A stretch of 64,000 nucleotides of DNA from Patescibacteria group bacterium (GCA_038065035.1 JBBTRV010000003.1:346-64345), one strand, 5' to 3'; shown: positions 1 through 9,214, counted from the first letter of the stretch. The notes: generated by a model not told the origin, from the sequence alone. Numbers and translations: made by a program.

Positions 1-163
1 ATTAGTGGAAACAGAAAACAAAGAGGAAATGACAACATTTCTGAAAACAATCGGCTCGAACCATGTTTTAGAAAATCGCCAATTCGTTTTTGCCCCGAAA
101 ATTCAATACAAACTGGCCGCCGAGCGAAGCGAGGCGGGCTCCCAAAACTTGCAATTTCCTTTG

Positions 164-249
164 TGGTGCGCGGGAGAGGATTCGAACCTCCATGCCCTTG
201 CGAGCGCTACCACCTCAAGGTAGTGCGTCTGCCGTTTCGCCACCCGCGC
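164..249 (-). tRNA. tRNA-Leu (anticodon GAG), class II with long variable arm; CCA encoded
   Basis: Reverse complement folds as a cloverleaf: acceptor GCGCGGG/CCCGCGC, anticodon stem CTACC/GGTAG with loop TTGAGGT (GAG), T-loop GGTTCGAATCC, 3' ACCA. ORFs 5..223 and 90..371 overlap it and are spurious. Confidence 0.8.
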
Positions 250-310
250 GTATAATTTTCTGCGTTTATCAGCGTTATTATCTGCGCCAATCCGCTTCTA
301 TGTTCTATGG

Positions 311-634
311 CTACGCCGCCACCCCGATTTTCTGCCGAGAAACTTTTTTGGAAATATGCCTTAAAAAATAAAGTTTTGATTTATGAATTTTTTTAGGCGA
401 GCTTAAAATTTCAACTTTGGCGATAGACGGCATATTTATGGGAAAAATTTTTTCAACTCCAACGCCGGCAACATCGGCCCGAACAGTAAAAGTAGCGCCT
501 GTTTCTTTGCCATGCTTTCTAGAAATAACAACTCCTTTAAAAGCGCTCTGTCTTTCCTTATCGCCTTCTTTGATTTTTTCCCAAACGCGGACAACCGCGC
601 CGGATTTAATTTGCTTTAAAATTTCTTCAGTCAT
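311..634 (-). CDS. rplS: 50S ribosomal protein L19
   Basis: 107 aa; the run ...VRVWEKIKEGDKERQSAFKGVVISRKHGKETGATFTVR...GVGVEKIFPINMP...KLYFLR matches the L19 family signature. Confidence 0.9.
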   Translation of the reverse strand: MTEEILKQIKSGAVVRVWEKIKEGDKERQSAFKGVVISRKHGKETGATFTVRADVAGVGVEKIFPINMPSIAKVEILSSPKKIHKSKLYFLRHISKKVSRQKIGVAA

Positions 635-694
635 AATAAATTAATATCTTTTATTATTATATAGTTAATACTATTTGCGATAGAATGTCAAATG

Positions 695-766
695 TGGGCG
701 GTAGAAGGATCGAACTTCTGACCTCGTCGATGTCAACGACGCGCTCCACCACTGAGCTAACCGCCC
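695..766 (-). tRNA. tRNA-Val (anticodon GAC)
   Basis: Reverse complement GGGCGGTTAGCTCAGTGGTGGAGCGCGTCGTTGACATCGACGAGGTCAGAAGTTCGATCCTTCTACCGCCCA; anticodon loop TTGACAT; canonical D and T arms. Confidence 0.85.
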
Positions 767-787
767 GTAAAATAATTTTAAATTTTG

Positions 788-859
788 TGGGCATGGGAGG
801 GATCGAACCTCCGACCTCAGTCTTATCAGGACTGCGTTCTACCACTGAACTACATGCCC
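788..859 (-). tRNA. tRNA-Ile (anticodon GAT)
   Basis: Reverse complement GGGCATGTAGTTCAGTGGTAGAACGCAGTCCTGATAAGACTGAGGTCGGAGGTTCGATCCCTCCCATGCCCA; anticodon loop CTGATAA. Tandem with tRNA-Val upstream of rplS. Confidence 0.85.
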
Positions 860-1116
860 GCGCCTTCTTCAATCACGCTATTTGTTGTTGTCGCATTATT
901 TATTTTTATCGCGTTTTCCGCTTCTTCCGCTATCTGAATATTTTTCAAGCTTTCTAAATTAATTCTTATCAATTTATCATTATTTCCGACATCAATATTT
1001 AACGCCGCGTTTATTTTTGAAATCAAAAACGAAATTGAATAAAAAGCTATTATCATTATTACGCAGAATAGTAAAATTCCGGTGATCAAAAATAATAAAT
1101 CCAGCTTATTTTTCAT
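850..1116 (-). CDS. hypothetical small membrane protein (N-terminal TM helix)
   Basis: 88-aa ORF with a hydrophobic N-terminal segment. Its 3' end overlaps the 5' end of tRNA-Ile by ~10 nt, so the end is uncertain. Confidence 0.3.
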   Translation of the reverse strand: MKNKLDLLFLITGILLFCVIMIIAFYSISFLISKINAALNIDVGNNDKLIRINLESLKNIQIAEEAENAIKINNATTTNSVIEEGAGM

Positions 1117-1618
1117 AATAGAAAACCTGGCCGGTCATTTGAGATTTAACCATGCCGGCATTATTGTAAAAATCAATAACATTAAATTTAACAGAATAAC
1201 GGCTATTTTCAAAAGCTTTCAGATAATTGATAAAATTATCATACGAGCCTTCGGCTGTCATATTTAAGCCGATTGACGCCAATCCCTCGCTATTTTTCAA
1301 TTCCGAAGAAAACTTTGAAATTATACTAATTGTATTTCGGGCCGCCAACACATTTGCATCACTCCCAAATTTTATTAATTGATCGCGACTTGATAAAATT
1401 TTATCAAGCGTGCTGAGATACGGTTGAATGGAATTTAGATCAGCCCTAAGTTGAGACAAAGATCGGGTAATACGATTATTAAAAGCAAGGTCGTTCCGTA
1501 ATCCTTCAATTTTTTTAACATTACTAGAAATATCAAAACTCAAATAAATCAAGCCCGCCAAAGAAAACAAAACAACAGCTACCGCGAAACTAATTATGAC
1601 AATAAGCTGTCTAGCCAT
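1106..1618 (-). CDS. hypothetical membrane protein (single N-terminal TM plus coiled coil; PilN/PilO-like topology)
   Basis: 170 aa; N-terminal TM MARQLIVIISFAVAVVLFSLAGLIYL followed by predicted coiled coil. No confident family match by eye. Confidence 0.4.
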   Translation of the reverse strand: MARQLIVIISFAVAVVLFSLAGLIYLSFDISSNVKKIEGLRNDLAFNNRITRSLSQLRADLNSIQPYLSTLDKILSSRDQLIKFGSDANVLAARNTISIISKFSSELKNSEGLASIGLNMTAEGSYDNFINYLKAFENSRYSVKFNVIDFYNNAGMVKSQMTGQVFYYEK

Positions 1619-1663
1619 ACATAATAATTATATGTTAAAATAACTAAGCAATCAACATTAATC

Positions 1664-2581
1664 ATGATAAATCAATTACTTTCTCAAAAAATCAAAACTA
1701 TCAAAAAAAAAGATGATGATTATCCCCTTCTCTTAAAAGAAATCTTAGACGCTCCTGAAAAAATTTTCTTTTTGGGAAATTTACAGAGTAAACAAATCAA
1801 TGATAAATTTAAAATCGCTATTGTCGGCACCAGGCGCGCAACATCAGATGGCAGAACATTAGCCAAAGAATTAGCAAAAAAATTAGCTGAAAACGGAGTT
1901 ATAATAGTAAGCGGCTTGGCAATGGGCATAGATACGGCGGCACACCAGGGAACAATTGAAGCGAACGGAAAAACAATCGCCGTCTTGGCAAACGGATTGG
2001 ATTCTATTTACCCGGCGCAAAACGAAAATCTGGCAAAAAAAATCTTAGAATTCGGCGGCGCGATTATATCTGAATATCCGCCGGGAACCCCTGCTTATCA
2101 AAACCAATTTTTAGAACGCAACCGCATTGTCAGCGGCTTGTGCGACGCCACTATTATAATAGAAGCTCCCGAACGATCCGGTTCATTGGTTACAGCGAGA
2201 TTGGCCGCCGAACAAGGACGGGAAGTTTTAGTTTTTCCCGGACCGCTCCGCTATCCCAATTACAAAGGTTCTCATAAATTAATAAGAGACGGCGCCCGAC
2301 TAGTCACTTCAATTGAAGACATTATTGAAGATCTTGGTTTAAATTCAAATAAAGATAAACAAAAAGAGAAAAACGGGGGCGCTACTAAATTGCCATTAAA
2401 TAATTTTGCGACTGGAGAAGAAAAACTAATTTTAAAGATAATAAAAAATAGCAATCAGCCGCTTGGTATTGACAGAATAATCAAATTAACTAAACTTGAA
2501 CCTCAAAAGGTAAATCAGATAATTACATTTTCGATTATTAAAGGAATGATCAAAGAAACCGAAAAGGGATACACATTTTGA
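1664..2581 (+). CDS. dprA: DNA processing protein A (DprA/Smf), DNA uptake / ssDNA loading
   Basis: 305 aa; Rossmann-like DprA core IAIVGTRRAT...GLAMGIDTAAHQG...AVLANGLDSIYP...ERSGSLVTARLAAEQGREV plus a C-terminal winged-helix-like tail. Synteny with topA. Confidence 0.9.
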   Translation: MINQLLSQKIKTIKKKDDDYPLLLKEILDAPEKIFFLGNLQSKQINDKFKIAIVGTRRATSDGRTLAKELAKKLAENGVIIVSGLAMGIDTAAHQGTIEANGKTIAVLANGLDSIYPAQNENLAKKILEFGGAIISEYPPGTPAYQNQFLERNRIVSGLCDATIIIEAPERSGSLVTARLAAEQGREVLVFPGPLRYPNYKGSHKLIRDGARLVTSIEDIIEDLGLNSNKDKQKEKNGGATKLPLNNFATGEEKLILKIIKNSNQPLGIDRIIKLTKLEPQKVNQIITFSIIKGMIKETEKGYTF

Positions 2582-2606
2582 AATTCCAAAAATTAAGAAT
2601 TAATTC

Positions 2607-4805
2607 ATGAACTTAATTATCGTTGAAAGTCCGACAAAAACAAAAACAATTTCTAAGTACCTAAAAGGTAATTATTTAATTAAAGCCAGCGTCGGTCATA
2701 TTCGCGATTTACCGAAAAGCAATAAAACGGCAATAGATATTAAAGCTGGATTCACGCCATATTACGAAATCATCAAGGGAAAAGAAAAAATCATTGACGA
2801 CTTAAGGGAATCAATAAAAAATTCTAAAGAAGTGCTCCTAGCCACCGACCCTGACCGCGAAGGCGAAGCTATTGCTTGGCATATCATTCAATCTTGCAGA
2901 TTGAATGAAATCAAAAATCAAAAATCAAAAATCAAAAATGTTAAACGGATTGTTTTTAATGAGATAACCGAAAGTGCTATAAAGGAAGCAATAAAACATC
3001 CGCGCGACATTGATATGGATTTAGTTAAAGCCCAGGAGGCACGGCGCGTTTTAGACCGCATAGTTGGCTATGATTTAAGCGGCCTTATTTGGAAAAAAGT
3101 GCGCTATGGCTTATCCGCCGGCCGGGTGCAATCTCCGGCTTTACGGATAATAATGGAACGCGAACGGGAAATAAGAGCTTTTATTCCTGAAAATTATTGG
3201 ATTATTACCGGAGAATTTAAGACCGAACGCGATGACAAAGTTACCCTCATTTGCGATGAACAGCCGAAAAATGAGAAAGAAGTAAAACGAATTATTAATA
3301 TTGCCCAAAAAAATAAATGGCAAGTAGTTGATATTTCTCAAAGCGAGACTAAAAGAAATCCCCGGCCGCCATTCATCACTTCAACGCTTCAGCAAACCGC
3401 CAGTTCCCGCTTTGGTTACGCGCCATCCCGCACAATGTCTATCGCCCAAAAACTTTACGAACAAGGGCTTATTACTTACATGCGAACAGACAGCATGAAT
3501 TTAAGTAAAGAAATCTTACCGCAAATTTATAATACGATAGAAAAACAATTTGGCAAAGAATATCTTTTACCGCGCCTCTACACAACAAAAAACAAAAGCG
3601 CCCAGGAAGCTCATGAGGCAATCCGGCCGACCAGCGCTTCCCTAAAAATCGCCGGCTCAAACGATGAACAAAAAAAACTTTACCAGCTCATCTGGCAGAG
3701 AACCATCGCCTCGCAAATGGCAGACGCGAAAATTTTACGGACAAAAATCTCTGCCAATATTTTACAAACTACAATTATTCCAAATTTCTCCGCTACTGGC
3801 AGTATTGTTATTTTTCCAGGATGGCTGGCAGCCGACCCGGCAGCCAGAGGTGAAGACGTAGAATTTCCAAAAATTTCAAAAAATGAAAAGTTAAAATTAA
3901 TAAATATTGAAAGCGAAGGAAAACAGACGGAACCGCCGGCAAGATACTCGGAAGCCGGACTTATCAAAGAACTGGAAAAACGGGAAATCGGCAGACCCTC
4001 AACTTACGCAACAATTATTAAAACAATCCAGGACCGCGGCTATGTCATTAAAGAAGGCAAGGCTTTAAAACCGACTGACACCGGCGATGTTGTAAGCACG
4101 TTTTTAGAAAAGAATTTCGCGTCTTATATCAGCGATTCATTTACCGCTGAAATGGAGCGGAAACTTGACGAAATCGCCGAAGGAAAAAGAAAATACGAAA
4201 AAATGCTTGGCGATTTTTACAAACCATTTTCAAAAGAAGTAAAAGAGAAAGAAAAAACCGCTGAAAAACTGACCAACCTTGGCGAGGCCGATAAAAAATA
4301 CAAATGCCCGGTTTGTAAGGGGCCGATGATTATTAAACTGTCGCGAACTGGAAAATTTTTAAGCTGCAAAAAATTCCCGGAATGCCAAGGCGCCAGGAAA
4401 ATAGATGGTTCAACAATGGAAGGCCCTAAAGAAACCGGCGAAAAATGCCCGCAGTGTTTGGATGGTAAATTAATAGAACGCGAAGGCCGCTATGGCAAAT
4501 TTATCGCTTGCAGCAATTATCCAAAATGCAAATTCATCAAAACCAGTCCGGAAGAAGAAGCCCGTAAAAGAACCGGAGTGAAGTGTCCGTGGGATGGCGG
4601 AGAAATTGTAGAGCGCCGCGGCAGGTTTGGTTCGTTTTTCTCCTGCTCTAATTATCCGAACTGCAAATTCATTATGAAATCCCGGCCAACGGGAAATATT
4701 TGTAATCTCTGCGGCTCGCTAATGATGCAAGGAACGAAGACTATATCAGAACGTTGTAGTAACGCAAAATGTCCCAATAACAGACCAGACAAAATTAAAC
4801 CATAA
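2607..4805 (+). CDS. topA: DNA topoisomerase I with C-terminal zinc ribbons
   Basis: 732 aa; N-terminal Toprim MNLIIVESPTKTKTISKYL...HIRDLP and the catalytic TYMRTDS region. C-terminus has several C4 zinc-ribbon motifs (CPVCKG...C..C). Contains an (AAATCAA)x4 heptamer repeat at 2908-2935. Confidence 0.95.
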   Translation: MNLIIVESPTKTKTISKYLKGNYLIKASVGHIRDLPKSNKTAIDIKAGFTPYYEIIKGKEKIIDDLRESIKNSKEVLLATDPDREGEAIAWHIIQSCRLNEIKNQKSKIKNVKRIVFNEITESAIKEAIKHPRDIDMDLVKAQEARRVLDRIVGYDLSGLIWKKVRYGLSAGRVQSPALRIIMEREREIRAFIPENYWIITGEFKTERDDKVTLICDEQPKNEKEVKRIINIAQKNKWQVVDISQSETKRNPRPPFITSTLQQTASSRFGYAPSRTMSIAQKLYEQGLITYMRTDSMNLSKEILPQIYNTIEKQFGKEYLLPRLYTTKNKSAQEAHEAIRPTSASLKIAGSNDEQKKLYQLIWQRTIASQMADAKILRTKISANILQTTIIPNFSATGSIVIFPGWLAADPAARGEDVEFPKISKNEKLKLINIESEGKQTEPPARYSEAGLIKELEKREIGRPSTYATIIKTIQDRGYVIKEGKALKPTDTGDVVSTFLEKNFASYISDSFTAEMERKLDEIAEGKRKYEKMLGDFYKPFSKEVKEKEKTAEKLTNLGEADKKYKCPVCKGPMIIKLSRTGKFLSCKKFPECQGARKIDGSTMEGPKETGEKCPQCLDGKLIEREGRYGKFIACSNYPKCKFIKTSPEEEARKRTGVKCPWDGGEIVERRGRFGSFFSCSNYPNCKFIMKSRPTGNICNLCGSLMMQGTKTISERCSNAKCPNNRPDKIKP

Positions 4806-4943
4806 AGTTAATTCCGCGGCCTCGTACCGAGCTTCGCTCTGATGCGAGGGAAGGCACAAAAACAATTTCTAAAAGATATTCAAATAAGAATTGCCAAAAT
4901 TATAATCCGGTCAAAATAAAATAAAAAAATACAAGGTATAAAA

Positions 4944-4972
4944 ATCACCGAAATAAATCGGTGATTTTTTAT
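4944..4972 (+). terminator. rho-independent terminator downstream of topA
   Basis: Hairpin atcaccgaaataaatcggtgat followed by a TTTTTT run. Confidence 0.5.
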
Positions 4973-5011
4973 ATTGCAAAAAATGGAAAATAATATTAAG
5001 CTATATTCAAC

Positions 5012-6757
5012 ATGAATGTCAATGATTTGCTTAAAACGCTAGAATTTTCAGAGAGTGAAGCTGATTTAATAAAACGCGCCTTTATTTTTAGCCAGAAAAT
5101 TCACCAGCACCAAAAAAGAAAAACTAACGAGCCGTATTTTAAGCATCCTTTTGAAACCGCTCTAAAAATCAGCGAATGGAAACTCGATGCTAACGCTATC
5201 AGCGCGGCCCTTCTCCATGACGCCATAGAAGACACCAATACCTCGCTTGAAGAAATAAAAAATAAATTCGGCGAGGAAGTGATGTTTTTAGTAGACGGCG
5301 TAACAAAAATAAGTAAAATTAAATACCATCAACAAAATAGTGACGATAATCTAAAAAAACAAAAAATAGAAAGAAATAGAGATTTAGAGCAAGCTGAAAA
5401 TATCCGAAAAATGATTTTAGCGCTCAGTCAGGATATAAGGGTAATTTTAATTAAATTAGCCGACCGCTTGCATAATATGAAAACACTTGCCGCTCTCCCG
5501 CCCCAAAAACAGAAACGGATTGCTTTGGAAACTTCGGAAATTTATTCTCCATTGGCATATCGCCTGGGAATGGCTAATCTAGCCGGAGAACTGGAAGAAT
5601 TATCATTCCCTTATCTTCATCTTAAAGAATATAAATGGCTGGTTGACCATATAAAAACAAGTTACGGCGAACGGGAAAAATACCTTGAAAAAGTAAAAAT
5701 AATTATTGAAAAAATATTAGATGAAAATAATATTCAGCCAGTTAAAATAGATTTTCGGGTAAAACGCTACTCCAGTCTATATAAGAAACTTTTCCGTTTC
5801 GATATGAACCTTGAACAGATTTACGACTTAATCGCTTTTCGGATAATAGTTAAAACTATTGAAGAATGCTACGCGACCCTTGGCGTAATCCATCAATTAT
5901 GGCCGCCCTTGCCCGGAAAAATAAAAGATTATATCGCCATGCCAAAGCCAAACGGCTACCACTCTCTTCACACCACGGTTTTTTGCATAGACAATAAGCC
6001 GACTGAATTTCAAATCAGGACAGAAGCGATGCACCAAGAAGCGGAAAACGGCATTGCCGCTTATTGGGCTTACGCCGACGCTAAAAATAAAAAGCAGTAT
6101 CGCGAACAAAAGGCAATTCTAGCGAACAAAGACGAGCTTCGCTGGGTGGAACAATTGCGCGGCTGGCAAAAACAATTTACCGACCCGCAGGAATTTTTAC
6201 GGTCTTTGAAAATCGATTTTCTCAAAGACAGGATTTTTGTTATCACTCCCCAAGGAGAAATCATAGATTTGCCGCTCAGCGCCACGCCGGTTGATTTCGC
6301 TTATGCCATCCACACGGAAATAGGCAATAGTTGCATTGGCGCTAAAATAAACAATAAAATAGCTCCTTTGGATTATCAGCTTCAATCCGGCGATTTAGTT
6401 GAAATATTAGTGCAAAAAAGCAAGAAACCTTCGCAATCATGGCTTGAATTTGTTAAAACATCCATAGCTAAAAAACAGATTAAAGCGGCCTCAAAAGATA
6501 TTCTCCAATTTAAAAAACAAGAAAAAAATACCGAGCTTAAAATAATAGTTTTAGACCGCATCGGGCTTTTAAAAGATATATCCGCGATTATTTCCAGGAA
6601 CCATCTTAATATCCAATCCAGCCACAGCGAAGCCAGCGGCAATTTTCATGTTATGAAAATCCGCTGCGAAACAAACGATAAAGAAAAAATTGAAAAATTA
6701 ATTTTAAAATTGAAAGAAATTAAAGAGATTAAAGAAATTAGTTATAAACTAGTATAA
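5012..6757 (+). CDS. rel: bifunctional (p)ppGpp synthetase/hydrolase (RelA/SpoT family)
   Basis: 581 aa; HD hydrolase motif (LLHDAIEDT), RelA/SpoT synthetase domain (DLIAFRIIV...GYHSLHTTV), then TGS and C-terminal ACT-like regions. Confidence 0.9.
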   Translation: MNVNDLLKTLEFSESEADLIKRAFIFSQKIHQHQKRKTNEPYFKHPFETALKISEWKLDANAISAALLHDAIEDTNTSLEEIKNKFGEEVMFLVDGVTKISKIKYHQQNSDDNLKKQKIERNRDLEQAENIRKMILALSQDIRVILIKLADRLHNMKTLAALPPQKQKRIALETSEIYSPLAYRLGMANLAGELEELSFPYLHLKEYKWLVDHIKTSYGEREKYLEKVKIIIEKILDENNIQPVKIDFRVKRYSSLYKKLFRFDMNLEQIYDLIAFRIIVKTIEECYATLGVIHQLWPPLPGKIKDYIAMPKPNGYHSLHTTVFCIDNKPTEFQIRTEAMHQEAENGIAAYWAYADAKNKKQYREQKAILANKDELRWVEQLRGWQKQFTDPQEFLRSLKIDFLKDRIFVITPQGEIIDLPLSATPVDFAYAIHTEIGNSCIGAKINNKIAPLDYQLQSGDLVEILVQKSKKPSQSWLEFVKTSIAKKQIKAASKDILQFKKQEKNTELKIIVLDRIGLLKDISAIISRNHLNIQSSHSEASGNFHVMKIRCETNDKEKIEKLILKLKEIKEIKEISYKLV

Positions 6758-6782
6758 AAATGAAAGATATGCGGTATAAAAA

Positions 6783-7892
6783 TTAAATTTTTGGATTTAA
6801 TTTCTGTATAATTCCCTGAATTTCTTCCGGAGAATAAAAGGATATCACAATTTTTCCGCCCTTGTCTCCGCCAGTCGGCGGATCAATTTTAACCGGCGCG
6901 CCTAAAAGTTCCGTTAATTGCTCCTGAAAATGAAAAATTTCAGGATTGGTTGCGGCCGGCTTGGACGCAGTCTCCGACGGTTTTGCGCCCGATGCCATTA
7001 CCTTAATTCTGCCTCTTAGTTCGCGGACGCTTAAATTATTTTTTATTAATTCATTAAAAATCGCCATCTGCTGCGCCATGTCGTCAATCGCCAAAAGAAG
7101 CCGCGCCTGGCTTTCATTTATTTGATTCTTAACAACGGCGTCTTGAATTTCTGATGGAAGATTTAAAATTCTTAGATTATTTGCAATACTTTCTCGGCTC
7201 TTTCCTAAACGAGACGCAATTTCTCTTTGAGTTAAACCAAATTCATCCTGAAGCCGAGCATAAGCCCTGGCGGTTTCAACCGGATTTAAATTGGCCCGCT
7301 GAAGATTTTCAACAATAGCCAGCTCCATTTGCTCGGCTTTCTGAGAAACGCGGCGTACAATCGCTGGCACCCTTTCCATGCCGATCATTTTAGCGGCCAT
7401 CAATCTTCTTTCTCCGGCAATCAATTGATATTCAACTTTGGTGCCGTCTTCAACTTCATGCTCTATTTTAGAAATAATAATCGGCTGAATAATACCGAAT
7501 TCACGTATTGAAGCCGCTAATTCTTTTAAAGATTCTTCATCAAAATGTTTTCTCGGCTGAAACGGATTTGGCTTGATTTTCTCAACCTCAATGAGAAAAA
7601 CTGATTCATGATGGCGGCGAAGCTTGTATTTTTGCCCATGGAGCCCTTCTTCATGTTTATAACTATCATCGACCGCTTTTTCTTGATTTTCCGTTCCTTG
7701 CTCGCTTACCGTTATTTCGCTACTTTTAGTTTCTTTTATTTTATCAGCTTGCGGAAGCTGTTTTATTTGTTGCGGTTGCTGAACGGCAATATTTTCCGAT
7801 TGCTCATTAACTTCAAAAATCTGATTATCAACACTATCATCTGGAAATTGCGCGCCTGAAATTTGAGATGTTTGATTTATATTTTGGTCCAT
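6783..7892 (-). CDS. parB: ParB/Spo0J-like partition protein with long Q/E-rich N-terminal extension
   Basis: 369 aa; ParB box VEKIKPNPFQPRKHFDEESLKELAASIREFGIIQPII...YQLIAGERRLMAAKMIGMERVPAIV plus an HTH. The ~150-aa low-complexity N-terminus is unusual. No parA adjacent. Confidence 0.8.
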   Translation of the reverse strand: MDQNINQTSQISGAQFPDDSVDNQIFEVNEQSENIAVQQPQQIKQLPQADKIKETKSSEITVSEQGTENQEKAVDDSYKHEEGLHGQKYKLRRHHESVFLIEVEKIKPNPFQPRKHFDEESLKELAASIREFGIIQPIIISKIEHEVEDGTKVEYQLIAGERRLMAAKMIGMERVPAIVRRVSQKAEQMELAIVENLQRANLNPVETARAYARLQDEFGLTQREIASRLGKSRESIANNLRILNLPSEIQDAVVKNQINESQARLLLAIDDMAQQMAIFNELIKNNLSVRELRGRIKVMASGAKPSETASKPAATNPEIFHFQEQLTELLGAPVKIDPPTGGDKGGKIVISFYSPEEIQGIIQKLNPKI

Positions 7893-7988
7893 AATATATA
7901 TAGCCTACTAAATTAATAAAAAATTGCAATAAATATCATTTATAATAATATTTACTATAAAACTAATCAGTGTTATTATCAATAGATT

Positions 7989-8072
7989 GCCCGGGTGGTG
8001 GAATGGCAGACACGCACGACTCAAAATCGTGTGCCGCAAGGCATGAGAGTTCGACTCTCTCCCCGGGCACCA
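7989..8072 (+). tRNA. tRNA-Leu (anticodon CAA), CCA encoded
   Basis: GCCCGGGTGGTGGAATGGCAGACACGCACGACTCAAAATCGTGTGCCGCAAGGCATGAGAGTTCGACTCTCTCCCCGGGCACCA; anticodon loop CTCAAAA; long variable arm. Confidence 0.85.
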
Positions 8073-8169
8073 AGTGAGAAAAGTCAAAATTTGACAAAAA
8101 TTTTTAAATTGCTACACTTTTCTTAGTATTTTACATCCTAAAATGGGTGAGAAAGGAAGGTGATCAACT

Positions 8170-8376
8170 ATGTGTATAAGCAAAGTCCTACTCCTGGCAA
8201 AGGAAAAAAAATCTAAATTCAAAATAAAAAGAAAGAAAACTCCTATTTCTCCAACTCCGCCGAAAAATAACGAAAAATTATCTCGTTTGAAAATTTTGCG
8301 TGAGGCCTTCTTTGAAGGCCACATCACCAAAAAAGAGTTAGGAGAAGGAATTGAAGAATTAAGATTAGGATTATAA
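8170..8376 (+). CDS. hypothetical small basic protein (68 aa)
   Basis: Preferred over the overlapping minus-strand ORF because of a good SD (aaggaaggtga, 9 nt upstream of ATG) and a terminator directly downstream. Confidence 0.4.
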   Translation: MCISKVLLLAKEKKSKFKIKRKKTPISPTPPKNNEKLSRLKILREAFFEGHITKKELGEGIEELRLGL

Positions 8377-8393
8377 ATCCTTTGCCAGAATTC

Positions 8394-8430
8394 AAAAGGC
8401 GTTCCATTTTTATCGGAACGCCTATTTTTT
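8394..8430. terminator. bidirectional intrinsic terminator between 8170..8376 (+) and PAP2 gene (-)
   Basis: Hairpin aggcgttcc-atttttatc-ggaacgcct flanked by A-run and T-run. Confidence 0.5.
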
Positions 8431-9013
8431 ATATATTTATTTTTTCTTCTCCTATTTTATTCTCTATTTTACTCTTAAATTCAATATCTAAAATTTTCTT
8501 CACCAAAAAACTGCTCACAACACCGATAATCGCGCCGACTAAAACATCCGACGGCCAATGAATACCGGTAAATATTCTGGAAATACCCATTAAAACGGCA
8601 AATCCAAAAAACCAAAGTCCTATTTTATTTTTAAATTTTTTTTCTTTCGCAAAATAAAAAAGCAATATTGAAAACGCTAAAGTGAAATAAAAAGCAGCAT
8701 GTCCGGATGGAAAAGACATATAAATGTCATTTTTTTCAATAAGCGGCTGGATATTTAATGACACGAAAGGCCTTTGCCGATGGCTAAAAAACTTTATTAC
8801 TTCCGCAATAATTCCTCTTGACAAAATCAATGAAAGCGAAATTAAAGAAAAAAAATAAATTTTATCACTCCATTTCTTTTCTTTAAAAATAAAAAATAAA
8901 GCCGTTAAAACCAAAAAATAACCGAGATATTCGGCCGTAAAAATAGCGATATAATCAACAAGCCAATAACGGCGGGAAAACTCGTTGATTGCTTGATATA
9001 TATATACATCCAT
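8429..9013 (-). CDS. PAP2-family phosphatase (undecaprenyl-diphosphatase / phosphatidic acid phosphatase type 2)
   Basis: 194 aa polytopic membrane protein carrying the PAP2 motifs K(x6)RP, PSGH and SR(x5)H(x3)D (SFPSGHAAF...SRIFTGIHWPSDV). Confidence 0.8.
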   Translation of the reverse strand: MDVYIYQAINEFSRRYWLVDYIAIFTAEYLGYFLVLTALFFIFKEKKWSDKIYFFSLISLSLILSRGIIAEVIKFFSHRQRPFVSLNIQPLIEKNDIYMSFPSGHAAFYFTLAFSILLFYFAKEKKFKNKIGLWFFGFAVLMGISRIFTGIHWPSDVLVGAIIGVVSSFLVKKILDIEFKSKIENKIGEEKINI

Positions 9014-9211
9014 TTACTTTTTTACGAAAGGCAATAATCCGATAAATCTTGCCCTTTTAATCGCCTGAGCAAGCAAGCGCTGATGCTTGGCGCACACACC
9101 AGTCCATTTCGGATCGATAATTTTCGCCTGCGAAGAAACAAACCGCCTCAACATATCGGTATTTTTATAATCAACATCTTTTAAATTTTGCGAACAAAAA
9201 AAACACTGCAT
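9014..9211 (-). CDS. rpsR: 30S ribosomal protein S18
   Basis: 65 aa; ...YKNTDMLRRFVSSQAKIIDPKWTGVCAKHQRLLAQAIKRARFIGLLPF matches S18. Lies in the rpsF-ssb-rpsR operon. Confidence 0.9.
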   Translation of the reverse strand: MQCFFCSQNLKDVDYKNTDMLRRFVSSQAKIIDPKWTGVCAKHQRLLAQAIKRARFIGLLPFVKK

Positions 9212-9214
9212 AAT

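Noticed and set aside
5-371. ORFs 5..223 (+) and 90..371 (+)
   Set aside because: They overlap the minus-strand tRNA-Leu(GAG) at 164-249 and the 3' end of rplS. No SD and no family signal; read as spurious.
657-957. ORFs 657..872 (-) and 685..957 (+)
   Set aside because: Both run straight through tRNA-Val and tRNA-Ile; their amino-acid strings are tRNA-sequence translations.
4806-4940. Possible small RNA/hairpin (cctcgtaccgagcttcgctctgatgcgagg) downstream of topA
   Set aside because: A single imperfect hairpin with no second copy or conserved motif; not enough to call. The nearby clean terminator at 4944-4972 is reported instead.
8112-8330. Minus-strand ORF 8112..8330
   Set aside because: Antisense to the better-supported + ORF 8170..8376 (SD plus terminator) and lacks its own signals.
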